DNA of 64,000 nucleotides, taken from IMG/VR virus record IMGVR_UViG_3300014720_002669; one strand, given 5' to 3'. The position numbers and the translations under genes are program-made. How positions within the stretch are numbered: the stretch's first letter is position 1; every line of letters starts with the position of its first letter. The stretch is from a virus. Of the stretch, positions 30,421-39,844 are shown piece by piece. The notes under the pieces are model-generated. The model saw only the letters and a program-made list of their open reading frames with translations. It did not search any database and was not told the origin of the DNA.

Positions 30421-30575
30421 TGCCCCGTTACCTTGAAACTTTTAAACTTCAAATCATATCGCATGGTCGCCAACACCTGTTCGCAACTGAGTTGATTTGG
30501 GAAAACTAATTCTATTCTTCCGGGTTGATCTTGCGGATTCGTTGTGTGTACTGCTATCAATATCATCAACCACAT
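30402..30575 (-). CDS. 57-aa small protein (not in ORF track)
   Basis: GGAG RBS; MWLMILIAVHTTNPQDQPGRIELVFPNQLSCEQV...GQCQKQS; overlaps both neighbours. Confidence 0.6.
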   Translation of the reverse strand: MWLMILIAVHTTNPQDQPGRIELVFPNQLSCEQVLATMRYDLKFKSFKVTGQCQKQS

Positions 30576-31326
30576 TGTCGTTCTCCCTGGTCCAGGTTAC
30601 AATTTCCCAAGATCCGTTGTGATGTTCTACTAGTGCTGTGCATGACTCAACCCAGTCACCGTCATTCATGTACATTATGCCATCTATTTCTTTAATTTCT
30701 GCATGATGTATGTGTCCACAGATAACTCCATCAAAGCCACGTTTCCGGCAGTAGTCAACAAGATTACGTTCAAAGTGAAAAATAAAGTCTACTGCTTTTT
30801 TGACCCGGTGTTTAAGGAACAGGCTAAGGCTAAAGTACCCAAAACCAAAACGATGACGAATCCAATTAATCCTAGTATTGAGTCCAAGAATGAAATCATA
30901 TGCTTTGTCTCCCAACATTGCCAACCATGGCGCCAGTCTAGTGATGCCATCAAATAAATCGCCATGAACCACAAGATAATGCCGATTGTCAACACCAATG
31001 TGCTCAACTTGATTTACAACTTCGATTAAGCCTAAGCCAATGCCATATTGCATAAACGGTCTCAAAAACTCGTCGTGATTACCAGCCACATATACAACCC
31101 TAGTACCGCGTTTGCTATGACCCAACACACGACGAATGACGTTGGTGTGACTTTGTTTCCATCGCCACTTGTTTTGTTTGATTTTCCAGGCATCAATTAT
31201 GTCTCCTACCAAGTAAAGAGTTTCGCAGGTGTTGTGTTTGAGGAAGTTGTTGAGTTTGTCAGCCTGGCAGTCTTTAGTGCCAAGGTGTACATCGCTGATA
31301 AAAATTGAGCGATAGGTTTTTTGCAT
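30454..31326 (-). CDS. plcP: PlcP-like phospholipase C (LpxH-family metallophosphoesterase)
   Basis: FISDVHLG, LVGDIID.W, GNHDE (His rather than the LpxH Arg), HGDLFD, GD.AYD, GVICGHIH, GDWVESCTA. Confidence 0.82.
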   Translation of the reverse strand: MQKTYRSIFISDVHLGTKDCQADKLNNFLKHNTCETLYLVGDIIDAWKIKQNKWRWKQSHTNVIRRVLGHSKRGTRVVYVAGNHDEFLRPFMQYGIGLGLIEVVNQVEHIGVDNRHYLVVHGDLFDGITRLAPWLAMLGDKAYDFILGLNTRINWIRHRFGFGYFSLSLFLKHRVKKAVDFIFHFERNLVDYCRKRGFDGVICGHIHHAEIKEIDGIMYMNDGDWVESCTALVEHHNGSWEIVTWTRENDNVVDDIDSSTHNESARSTRKNRISFPKSTQLRTGVGDHAI

Positions 31327-31330
31327 CTAG

Positions 31331-31365
31331 TATTTACAGCCAGATGTGTTACAATAGCATTACAG
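31331..31365 (-). promoter_or_regulatory. Pho box plus TAAATA element upstream of plcP
   Basis: Minus strand CTGTAAT-GCTA-TTGTAAC, 11 nt, TAAATA, 4 nt, ATG. Confidence 0.72.
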
Positions 31366-31674
31366 TTTGTCTTGCCTAGATGCCTGTAGTTCTTGACGTA
31401 AAATTTTGTAATCTTCCAGCGTGGCAATTGATGGCACAGTAGACTTCATGTATGCAGGGGGCACAGATTGCCATTCTGATTCACTCACACCGGCCACAAT
31501 CATGGCAGTGTATTCGTGTCCATCACTGGTATGCAGTTGCACTCGTTCAAATCCTTGTGGAGTCTTGGCTGCGTTCATACAGGCTTGTGCCAAGGCTCTG
31601 AGAGCTGGGGGGTCGGCTATGATGTGTAAATCTTGTCGGGGTTCACTGTGTGGGTATATGTGTAGTCTAGACAT
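31360..31674 (-). CDS. hypothetical protein
   Basis: Coupled to the dnaE-like stop codon. Confidence 0.7.
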   Translation of the reverse strand: MSRLHIYPHSEPRQDLHIIADPPALRALAQACMNAAKTPQGFERVQLHTSDGHEYTAMIVAGVSESEWQSVPPAYMKSTVPSIATLEDYKILRQELQASRQDKL

Positions 31675-33350
31675 TATGTTATGTGCTCGATTTCTTTCAA
31701 TTTCATGCGCTTGCTTTTGTACACTTTAACACATTCACTGCTGTTTGTATAGTCCAAACGGCCTTTGCCCCACAAGATTGGTTGATCAGCAAAGGACATG
31801 GCGTGTGGAACTATCACATCTAGATAACGGCCGTTGCCAGTGCCCAAGGTAGCAAAGGTTATGTAGTCTTTGGCTCCGCTTTTGAACACACGGTAGTTGG
31901 CCACCAGTCCCAGAAATTCCACTTCGCCGGGTCGTCTTATTTCAGTGCAAGCAGGAATAAAATTACTGCTACTCCAACGACCAGTTCGTGCCAATTCAGC
32001 ACATTCGCCGCCTTGCATGGGCGCAGGCACAGCTCCGGCCAATTTGGCTTCTTGATAATATACCCAACTGCTGTAACTGCCTTCGCAGTGTTTCAAACAG
32101 GCTCGCCAGAACGCCTCAGGATTGTGTGCCTTTTGATAGGCCAAGGCCCAGATCAATCTTCCTAGATTGGTAGCATGTGCTCGACACAGTCCAAAATGAC
32201 TGAGTTCGCGCAGTGACGCCAACACAGTATCACGCTTGGGGTGATCACCAATCAACTGCATAAACTCATAGATCTTTTCTTCATTGCGTTTGGCAAACGC
32301 TCTGCGCCACATGTCAGCGGTGTACATGTCACAGTCCAAGATGTCGGCAATCATGGTGATGGCATCATCTTCAAACACCACTGTGTCTTGTTGTATAGTG
32401 TCGGCACTCCAGTCTTGAAATGCACTGGCTTTACGTCGACCCTGTGTGGCCACTGGACGGATCAGTGCAGTGGCCAGGGTACAGTCGCTCCGGCTCTTGA
32501 CTTTGAGAGCTCTAAACAGTCTTTTCATGGCTGGACTTTCGCCCTGAGTCACACCCAACACATCACCACGACCCAGCAGGTCACTGGTTTTTTCATCATG
32601 CTCGGGATAGTCTGTGAGTGGGCGTTGATCAATCTCCCACAGTTGACTCAGTCCACGATTGGCCAGGATATCTATTTTGAAGTGTTCAAGATCTTCAGTT
32701 TCGTATTTGTCCAACAGGATTTGATTGTTGCCATTGATCAGGCTTGGAGGCACAGCACGATCAAAAATCAAAATGCCACCACAGTGTTTTGATATACAGC
32801 GTTTTTTGCCCATGAGCTTGGCTGTGACTCGTTTGGCCTCCTCTATTTCTTCTGGAGGCAACACTTGGCTGAATTCAAATCCACGTTTGAGTGTGCCTTT
32901 GGCTCCCAGCCGTTTGGCTGCTTCACGTTTGGCTGACTTTTCTTTGTACATCACATAGTTGCTGACTCTGGCACTTTGCCCCGGCCAGCGACGAAATATG
33001 CGATTCATCACAGTGGCCTGTTGCCAGTGTGGGAAATCCAGATCAATATCAGGAAGGTCGTCACGTTTGGGATTCATAAAACGTGCTATGGGGATGTTTT
33101 CTGCCACAGGATCTAGATCACTGATGCCCATGAGCCAGCACACCAGACTTGAGCCTGCTGATCCTCGGGTGATGTGTGGTATGTCTGTGGTGAGATCCAG
33201 TATTTCTCGCACACGCAAGAAGTGTCGAGAAAAGTTTTGATCTCTAATTAGTTCTAGTTCTTCTGCCAGTCTGTGTGCGTATTTGGGATCTTGTGGTAAT
33301 TCTCTTCTAAATTGTTTTACTAGTTGTTCAAGTTCTTTATATCTATCCAT
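31674..33350 (-). CDS. compact family-C DNA polymerase (DnaE-like, PHP domain absent)
   Basis: RGSAGSSLV, PDIDLDF, SKHCGG, KIDIL, C-terminal OB-like region. Confidence 0.88.
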   Translation of the reverse strand: MDRYKELEQLVKQFRRELPQDPKYAHRLAEELELIRDQNFSRHFLRVREILDLTTDIPHITRGSAGSSLVCWLMGISDLDPVAENIPIARFMNPKRDDLPDIDLDFPHWQQATVMNRIFRRWPGQSARVSNYVMYKEKSAKREAAKRLGAKGTLKRGFEFSQVLPPEEIEEAKRVTAKLMGKKRCISKHCGGILIFDRAVPPSLINGNNQILLDKYETEDLEHFKIDILANRGLSQLWEIDQRPLTDYPEHDEKTSDLLGRGDVLGVTQGESPAMKRLFRALKVKSRSDCTLATALIRPVATQGRRKASAFQDWSADTIQQDTVVFEDDAITMIADILDCDMYTADMWRRAFAKRNEEKIYEFMQLIGDHPKRDTVLASLRELSHFGLCRAHATNLGRLIWALAYQKAHNPEAFWRACLKHCEGSYSSWVYYQEAKLAGAVPAPMQGGECAELARTGRWSSSNFIPACTEIRRPGEVEFLGLVANYRVFKSGAKDYITFATLGTGNGRYLDVIVPHAMSFADQPILWGKGRLDYTNSSECVKVYKSKRMKLKEIEHIT

Positions 33351-33433
33351 TAAATGCTGCCTTGGTTGTTTTAGGAAAATATTTATGGTGTGATATTTTA
33401 TCATTCAAAGATTTTGGCACCGCTAAATATTCT

Positions 33434-34075
33434 GTGAAATCCACCATAGCCCTATTCATACATGATCCCAAGTGCTCTGTACAGAGTGGCAACGGAATTA
33501 TGCAGGCCCTGGGCAACAACTACAATTTTAAACTATTCAGCAAAAACGAAGTGGAAGATGTGTTCCTTGATGGGGTAGACATGGTTGCAGTACCAGGCGG
33601 ATTTGGTGATGCCGACAGTTATGATACTTTGTTTAAAAACAACTCAAAATCTGTGCGGCAATTCGTGCGGCAAGGCGGAAGATACTTGGGCATCTGTATG
33701 GGCGCATACTGGGCAGGCAAGCATTATCTCAACATCCTGGATTCAGTGGATGCTGTGCAATATATTCGTCGTCCAGGCACAGACACACGTAGACCGCATG
33801 CCAAATACATGCCAGTGACCTGGCGCGGCCAACCTAACAACATGTACTGGTACGATGGATGTGCCTTGGTGGGTGATCGCACCCGATTTGAAACTGTGGC
33901 AACTTACAGCAATGGTGATGCCATGGCCATCATACAGAACAGAATTGGCCTGATAGGATGTCATCCTGAAGCTGAACAGTTTTGGTACGACGATTACTCA
34001 TGGATGCGCCGGCACTGGTCTGGTGGGCATCATCGTTTACTTCAAGAGTTTGCGGACCAACTCATGCAGTCGTAA
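33434..34075 (+). CDS. BPL_N / class I glutamine-amidotransferase-like protein
   Basis: VPGG, YLGICMGAY, GCHPE; probable GTG start after TAAATA. Confidence 0.8.
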   Translation: MKSTIALFIHDPKCSVQSGNGIMQALGNNYNFKLFSKNEVEDVFLDGVDMVAVPGGFGDADSYDTLFKNNSKSVRQFVRQGGRYLGICMGAYWAGKHYLNILDSVDAVQYIRRPGTDTRRPHAKYMPVTWRGQPNNMYWYDGCALVGDRTRFETVATYSNGDAMAIIQNRIGLIGCHPEAEQFWYDDYSWMRRHWSGGHHRLLQEFADQLMQS

Positions 34076-34149
34076 AAAAAGGCCCTGTTAGGCCTTTAGT
34101 GCTGGTTACAAGTTCCAGCGCCGCTCTATCTTTGCGGCTGGTTTTTGTA

Positions 34150-35532
34150 TTAGAAGTTGATTTGTGTGCGAATGCTAACAACATCTTCCCTGCTGGTGGT
34201 GCCCATGTCAGTGGTATCCAATGGAGCAATTGCTGAGCCAAACTTGGTATAGGCATAGTTGGCCATGATTCTGGCATTGTTGTTGAGAATCCAGTTCACA
34301 CCATATGTCACTGTCTGAGCAGAATTGGCATTCTGTGTACGGTTGCCTGTCACAGCACCGTCAACACTGTTGCTGCCTGCTGCTGTGTATTCAGAAACAC
34401 GAACTCCCACTTGCCATGCACCTGTGCCATTGCCTACAACACCGCCATAGTCTTTCATAAACACTGATGATGGGGTGATACCGCCAAAGGTGCCACCTTT
34501 ATAACTTTTAGCAAAGTCTTCACCTGTGATATTGTACATGACTTCCACATACTTGGCCTGCACTCGTACGTCTTGTGTGGCCACACAAGCAGAGGTCACA
34601 CAACTGGCAGCACCTGTGACATAGTTATAGGTGTTGGCTGATGCTGAGTATTTGCTGTCAAAGTTTTCTGCTTGAATTTTGAATGGACCATGAGCCAAGG
34701 CCAATTCAATACCGTTCATGGTACGATTCACACTGGCAGCATTGTTGGCAGTGGCTCCATAGGCTGCTGTGTCAACTTTGTCACCGCCGATTTGAGCACG
34801 ATACACATTGCTCATGCCACGTGCTTCTGAGCGTAGTGCTACAATTGTACCACGTGTGGTTGTGCTGGGCGCATCAACTGTGTTGCCCGAAGTTGTTGGC
34901 ACCATCTGTGCCCGTCCACCAGTCTGTGCCACACCTACATGTAATACAGTGTTGGGATTGGATGCCAGTTGACCAAAATTCACAGCCACACGTGCCGCAT
35001 ACTGTGCGCCCAGAGTGTTGTCACTGGAACTTTCTGCGAAGTCACCTTGAAATGCTGATAATCCATAAACAAATCCTGCACTGGGTTCACCGTGCAGCAT
35101 CACACCCAGACGTTTGCCTGGAACCAATTGATTGCCATATGAACGTTCCATGAAGCCGATGTTGTTTGAACTGGTGAGTTCTTCCAGGCTAAACGGCTGC
35201 TTGAATCGACCTGTACGGAATTGTGCTGATTGATTGAAGCCATAGTTCACAAAGGCAGTGTCAATGAAGTTGGTGTTGCTGCCTACAGCATTGCCCACCA
35301 ACTCATAGTTGATCTGCTTGTTGATACTGCCATTGATACCAATTCTGGCTCTACGCAGTTCAAAGTTGTCGCCCACGCTGGCGCTGTCACGGTCTGTGGA
35401 TTTGGTCAGGTCCGAATCAAATGTTCGTGTGTCAAAATGCACACGGCCTGTGACCTTGGAATCCACCTGTGCCATTGCTGGCGCTGTCAGGGCCACAAAT
35501 GCAGCGGCCAAGATTAATTTAGTAAATTTCAT
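34150..35532 (-). CDS. phosphate-selective porin, OprO/OprP family
   Basis: Signal peptide; FELRRARIG arginine ladder; GRFKQPFSLEELTSSN; GVNW; C-terminal Phe. Confidence 0.9.
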   Translation of the reverse strand: MKFTKLILAAAFVALTAPAMAQVDSKVTGRVHFDTRTFDSDLTKSTDRDSASVGDNFELRRARIGINGSINKQINYELVGNAVGSNTNFIDTAFVNYGFNQSAQFRTGRFKQPFSLEELTSSNNIGFMERSYGNQLVPGKRLGVMLHGEPSAGFVYGLSAFQGDFAESSSDNTLGAQYAARVAVNFGQLASNPNTVLHVGVAQTGGRAQMVPTTSGNTVDAPSTTTRGTIVALRSEARGMSNVYRAQIGGDKVDTAAYGATANNAASVNRTMNGIELALAHGPFKIQAENFDSKYSASANTYNYVTGAASCVTSACVATQDVRVQAKYVEVMYNITGEDFAKSYKGGTFGGITPSSVFMKDYGGVVGNGTGAWQVGVRVSEYTAAGSNSVDGAVTGNRTQNANSAQTVTYGVNWILNNNARIMANYAYTKFGSAIAPLDTTDMGTTSREDVVSIRTQINF

Positions 35533-35596
35533 ATTTCTCCTTTAGATTTACTTTTGCGATATAACATAATATGTAGTGCAGTCAACACCACAGTGA

Positions 35597-36616
35597 TTAT
35601 TTCTTGATCTGGGACCAAACACGGTCACGAATCTGTTGAGTCAAGGTGTCTGGCAGTGGTACGTAATCCAAATCCAATGCTGCCTTTCGTCCATTTTTAA
35701 ATGCCCAATCAAAGAATTTCAATACCTCTGCACTTTGGCGAAGGTCGGTGGGATCCTTGTACATGAGAATAAAACTGGCAGTGGTCACTGGCCATACACT
35801 GTCGCCTTTTTGATCCACAATGCTCAGGGCCATGCCTGGTACTGAGAACCAATCTGCCCCAGCAGCCGCGGCAGCAAAGGTGGTGTCATCTGGTGATACC
35901 CAGCGACCATTGCGGTTCTGCATCTGCATGAACACCAATCGGTTTTTCTTTACATAGGCATATTCAACATAGCCAATGCTACCTCGGATTCGTGCCACGT
36001 TGGCTGCTACACCTTCATTGCCTTTACCGCCCACAGATGTTGCGGCAGGCCACTTCACAGCAGCACCACGACCCACACGTTCCAACCAAGCAGGACTCAC
36101 TGTGCTGAGATAATCGGTCCAGTTGAAGGTGGTGCCGGAACCATCAGCACGATGTACCACAGTGATGACTTGATCGGGCAAGGCTTTGCCGGGATTGAGA
36201 GCCATAAGCCGAGCATCGTTCCATTTGGAGATTTCGCCTAGAAAAATCTCTGCCAGCACTGGTCCAGTGACTCGGAGTTCACCTGGTCGGAATCCTGGTA
36301 AATTCACAGTAGGTACAGTACCGCCTATGACGGCAGGAAATTGCACCAGGCCTTCTTTTTCCAATTCTGCACCTGACATGGGTGCATCACTGGCGCCAAA
36401 TGTCACTGTCTTGGCCTTGATCTGTCGCAGGCCACCTGAACTGCCAATGCTTTGATAGTTTAACTGAGTGTCGTGTTTTTCACTGTAGATTTCGGCCCAC
36501 TTGCTGTAAATGGGAAAGGGGAAAGTTGCGCCTGCCCCAGTGATGATGTTTTGAGCATTTGCTGATGGACTCAACAAATACAGTGTTGCGGCCAACAAGG
36601 CCAAGATTTTTTTCAT
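35597..36616 (-). CDS. pstS: phosphate ABC transporter substrate-binding protein
   Basis: TGAGATFPFPIY, YQSIGSSGG, FGASD, HRADGSGTT, GKGNEGV, IGYVE. Confidence 0.97.
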   Translation of the reverse strand: MKKILALLAATLYLLSPSANAQNIITGAGATFPFPIYSKWAEIYSEKHDTQLNYQSIGSSGGLRQIKAKTVTFGASDAPMSGAELEKEGLVQFPAVIGGTVPTVNLPGFRPGELRVTGPVLAEIFLGEISKWNDARLMALNPGKALPDQVITVVHRADGSGTTFNWTDYLSTVSPAWLERVGRGAAVKWPAATSVGGKGNEGVAANVARIRGSIGYVEYAYVKKNRLVFMQMQNRNGRWVSPDDTTFAAAAAGADWFSVPGMALSIVDQKGDSVWPVTTASFILMYKDPTDLRQSAEVLKFFDWAFKNGRKAALDLDYVPLPDTLTQQIRDRVWSQIKK

Positions 36617-36653
36617 GTGTTTTCCTTTGTGAATATGTGCGATTGCACATGAA

Positions 36654-36688
36654 TATTTAAACACAAAGATGTTACAGTAATGTTACAG
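36654..36688 (-). promoter_or_regulatory. Pho box plus TAAATA element upstream of pstS
   Basis: Minus strand CTGTAAC-ATTA-CTGTAAC (11-bp period), 11 nt, TAAATA. Confidence 0.82.
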
Positions 36689-36835
36689 TGGCTGGGTTTT
36701 TTTGTTCTTTTTGTCTGGACCAAGAGCTTTGGCTTCTTCCAGCCGGCGCTGTGTGGCAGGGGTTGTTTGGGGAGGACGATACACGTGGTGTTTCTGGGAT
36801 TCGTGTCGTCGCGGTGCTCGTTTAAACCAACTCAT
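36683..36835 (-). CDS. 50-aa basic small protein (not in ORF track)
   Basis: AAGGAA RBS; MSWFKRAPRRHESQK... Confidence 0.5.
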   Translation of the reverse strand: MSWFKRAPRRHESQKHHVYRPPQTTPATQRRLEEAKALGPDKKNKKTQPL

Positions 36836-36894
36836 AGACAGTTCCTTTGCAGGTCTAAATACTTATTGTGTGTGTTTGAAATATAAACTCCAGT

Positions 36895-38106
36895 TTAATT
36901 TTGTTGTAGCAGTTGGCCAATTACAACACGATGTTGACCTGTGCAATGCTGTTGCATAATGACCATGGCTTGATCTAAATTGGTCTGGTATTCTTCTATC
37001 ACTTGATCAAACAGTCCGTTGAAAAATCGTTGTTTGTTGCGTTGGGCAATCTCATGCAATTTTGTGTACAGTGCTTGTTTAGCCGCAGCATCAAGTGCAG
37101 CAATTCTTTTCATCTCTTGGATGATGGCATCTAATCTGGCTGCACCATCAGCAATGGTGTCATAAGTTTCGTCAATCACATTTGCAAACGTTTCAAAACC
37201 GTAGTTTCTCAGGTATTGCAAACTGCCTGGTGTAGCCGCCAACAAGAAAGGTTTGCCACAAGCAATGGGCCTCAGTGTTTTTTCTGTGAGATGCCAACGA
37301 TCATCATCAAACAATGTTTCCAGCACAATTTCAATGCCACAAGCAGCGTAGTCTGCGCCACAGTAATCTGCACTGCTGCCTGAATCAGCAGTGTTGGGCG
37401 GATAAAGTTGTTCCAAATTGTGTAGATGAATTTGGAATTTTTTGTTGGCAAACACATGATCTACATAATGTGTGTCATTATCCACAGCGGCAAATGCAGT
37501 TTGAGTGTGTGATGTAAGATCATGCGTTGCCAGTTGTTGGGCAAAATACAGTCGATATTCTCGTGTGCCGCTCCAGGCTCGGTTGTATACCAAAAATGTT
37601 TTTTGTATTCGGGCAACATTATAAGTCAATGCAGGATCATGTTTGGCATATCGAAACCAATCCAACGCAATCATGGCATGACTCCAGATGTATACAGGTA
37701 CAAAATTTGCTTTTACAAAATATTTTAATTGACGACTGTGCAGTTCAGAGTGTACCAACACTGTTAGATCAAACTGATTGCTGCATACCTGTGGTGGTCG
37801 TAGATGCATGCCAGCCACATAATTCAAAACAGAATGCTCAAGCATAAAAAAACTGTCTGATATTTTGGAAAAAAATGACTTTGCATTATTGTATAGTTGC
37901 TCTTTGGTGTAAAATAAAAAATCCAATGGTTCTTGGTCATGAAAAACAACCAATGGATTCTTTTCAAGTTGATATTCTGGGTAGTTGGTCAACTGTGTTA
38001 GGTCTTCCAGTTTTCTTGAGCCATGTGGCAACCAACGATAAATTACTAGATCATGGTTGACACAGTCACACAAATAGTGATATAATCTGTCTAAAGGAAC
38101 ACTCAT
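36895..38106 (-). CDS. hypothetical protein, possibly glycosyltransferase-like
   Basis: HDQEPL, YNRAW, VLETLF..LTEKTLRPIACGKPF, GFETF. Confidence 0.6.
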   Translation of the reverse strand: MSVPLDRLYHYLCDCVNHDLVIYRWLPHGSRKLEDLTQLTNYPEYQLEKNPLVVFHDQEPLDFLFYTKEQLYNNAKSFFSKISDSFFMLEHSVLNYVAGMHLRPPQVCSNQFDLTVLVHSELHSRQLKYFVKANFVPVYIWSHAMIALDWFRYAKHDPALTYNVARIQKTFLVYNRAWSGTREYRLYFAQQLATHDLTSHTQTAFAAVDNDTHYVDHVFANKKFQIHLHNLEQLYPPNTADSGSSADYCGADYAACGIEIVLETLFDDDRWHLTEKTLRPIACGKPFLLAATPGSLQYLRNYGFETFANVIDETYDTIADGAARLDAIIQEMKRIAALDAAAKQALYTKLHEIAQRNKQRFFNGLFDQVIEEYQTNLDQAMVIMQQHCTGQHRVVIGQLLQQN

Positions 38107-39348
38107 ATGAAAAAAATTGGTTTTATTGGGATCGGCAAACTGGGTCTTGATTGTGCAGAAGTCATGGCTGAACGGCATGAAGTGCGCGGTTACGATATTT
38201 ACCCACGTGAGAGCGACTCAGTAAAAATCTGTGACATTGACGAGTTGGTGAACGAAAGCGAATGGATTTTTATTGCTGTGCCTACACCACATGCTGAAGG
38301 TTATGATGGATCAGTGCCCAGCAGCCACATGGAGCCACGAGACTTTGGACATGCGGCTGTGATTGATGCAATCAAGAACGTGAACCGGTATGCAACCACA
38401 CCCAAGAAGGTTGTGTTGATCTCAACAGTGTTGCCCGGTACCACACGCCGACACTTTTATCCATTGCTGGATTGCAAGCATCAATTCCTGTACAACCCTT
38501 ACTTGATTGCCATGGGCAGTGTAAAGTGGGACATGGTCAATCCTGAAATGGTCATGATTGGCACAGAAGATGGCAACCCCAATGCACTAGCAGGTGAACT
38601 GATTGACCTGTACAAAACCATCATGGTCAACAATCCACGCTATGAAATTGGCACCTGGGACGAATGCGAAGCCATCAAGATCTTCTACAACACCTTCATC
38701 AGTGCAAAAGTTGGCCTAGTAAACATGATTCAAGACTTTGCCCTACGCATTGGCAACATCAATGTGGACGTGGTGACAGATGCACTGGCACGTAGCACCA
38801 TGCGTATCATGGGACCCAAATACATGACAGCCGGCATGGGCGATGCAGGTGCTTGCCACCCAAGAGACAACATTGCACTGCGTTGGTTGGCCAAAGAATA
38901 CAACATTGGCTATGACTTGTTTGACACAGTGATGCATGCTAGAGAAGTGCAGGCCAAGAACCTGGCCATGTACCTGTTGGACCTGAGTGTGATGAACAAC
39001 AACTTGCCCATTGTGATTCACGGCAAAGCCTACAAGCCTGACGTGGAGTATTGTATTGGCTCATACAGCACCCTGGTGGGACACTACATCGAACAAGAAG
39101 GACGTCAAGTGGTGTATGTTGATCCACTAGCAGATGATCCTACAAATGTTGTGGCCACAGTGGACACACCTGCAATCTTTTTGTGGGCACACAATCGCAA
39201 GATCACGTATGAATACACAGGTGATCAACTGGATACACTGCCCTACTGCGACATCAAGCCTGGTAGTATTATTGTTGATCCATGGCGCAAACTTGCATCA
39301 ACTCCTGAGGTTGAAGTTGTTCACTACGGTAACACCAGATCTCATTAA
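38107..39348 (+). CDS. ugd: UDP-glucose/GDP-mannose dehydrogenase family protein
   Basis: GIGKLG, FIAVPTP, STVLPGT, EAIKIFYNTF, GACHPRD, AYKP. Confidence 0.88.
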   Translation: MKKIGFIGIGKLGLDCAEVMAERHEVRGYDIYPRESDSVKICDIDELVNESEWIFIAVPTPHAEGYDGSVPSSHMEPRDFGHAAVIDAIKNVNRYATTPKKVVLISTVLPGTTRRHFYPLLDCKHQFLYNPYLIAMGSVKWDMVNPEMVMIGTEDGNPNALAGELIDLYKTIMVNNPRYEIGTWDECEAIKIFYNTFISAKVGLVNMIQDFALRIGNINVDVVTDALARSTMRIMGPKYMTAGMGDAGACHPRDNIALRWLAKEYNIGYDLFDTVMHAREVQAKNLAMYLLDLSVMNNNLPIVIHGKAYKPDVEYCIGSYSTLVGHYIEQEGRQVVYVDPLADDPTNVVATVDTPAIFLWAHNRKITYEYTGDQLDTLPYCDIKPGSIIVDPWRKLASTPEVEVVHYGNTRSH

Positions 39349-39844
39349 ATATCACGTCCCGGCATTCTGGGATGATGAATACAAACGGCTAGACTATGTC
39401 AACGAGTCGTTCAACGATTCAGTCAGTGTGAATCTTTGGACCAGTCAAGGCTATGCCAACCAGTTCACTGGCGACATGTGTGACATGCGCAGTCCACAAC
39501 CCAGTTGGAATCAAACATTTGTGGACATCTACACAGAGATGGGCTGGAAAGACATAGGAACCAGTTACTATAGAATGACCACTGGCACTATATTACCTGT
39601 ACATCGTGACTTGTATATTCGTTATATTCAATTGTTCAATTTACAAGGCCAAGAACATCGCATACGCAGAGTCATTGTGTTTTTGGAAGACTGGAAAAGT
39701 GGCCATTACTTTGAAGGTGCAGGAAAACCAATGACTCAATGGCATGCAGGCGATGCCATTGAATGGGTTTATGACACACCACACATGGCAGCCAACTTGG
39801 GTCTGGAGCCTAGATATACACTACAAATTACAGGATGGGTATGA
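39317..39844 (+). CDS. 2OG-Fe(II) oxygenase-like protein (start uncertain)
   Basis: PVHRD (HxD)..PHMAAN..RYTLQITG. Confidence 0.75.
   Translation: MFTTVTPDLIKYHVPAFWDDEYKRLDYVNESFNDSVSVNLWTSQGYANQFTGDMCDMRSPQPSWNQTFVDIYTEMGWKDIGTSYYRMTTGTILPVHRDLYIRYIQLFNLQGQEHRIRRVIVFLEDWKSGHYFEGAGKPMTQWHAGDAIEWVYDTPHMAANLGLEPRYTLQITGWV

Noticed and set aside
39134-39316. Long N-terminus of the 2OG-oxygenase
   Set aside because: It overlaps ugd by about 215 nt; a start near 39311-39326 is more plausible.
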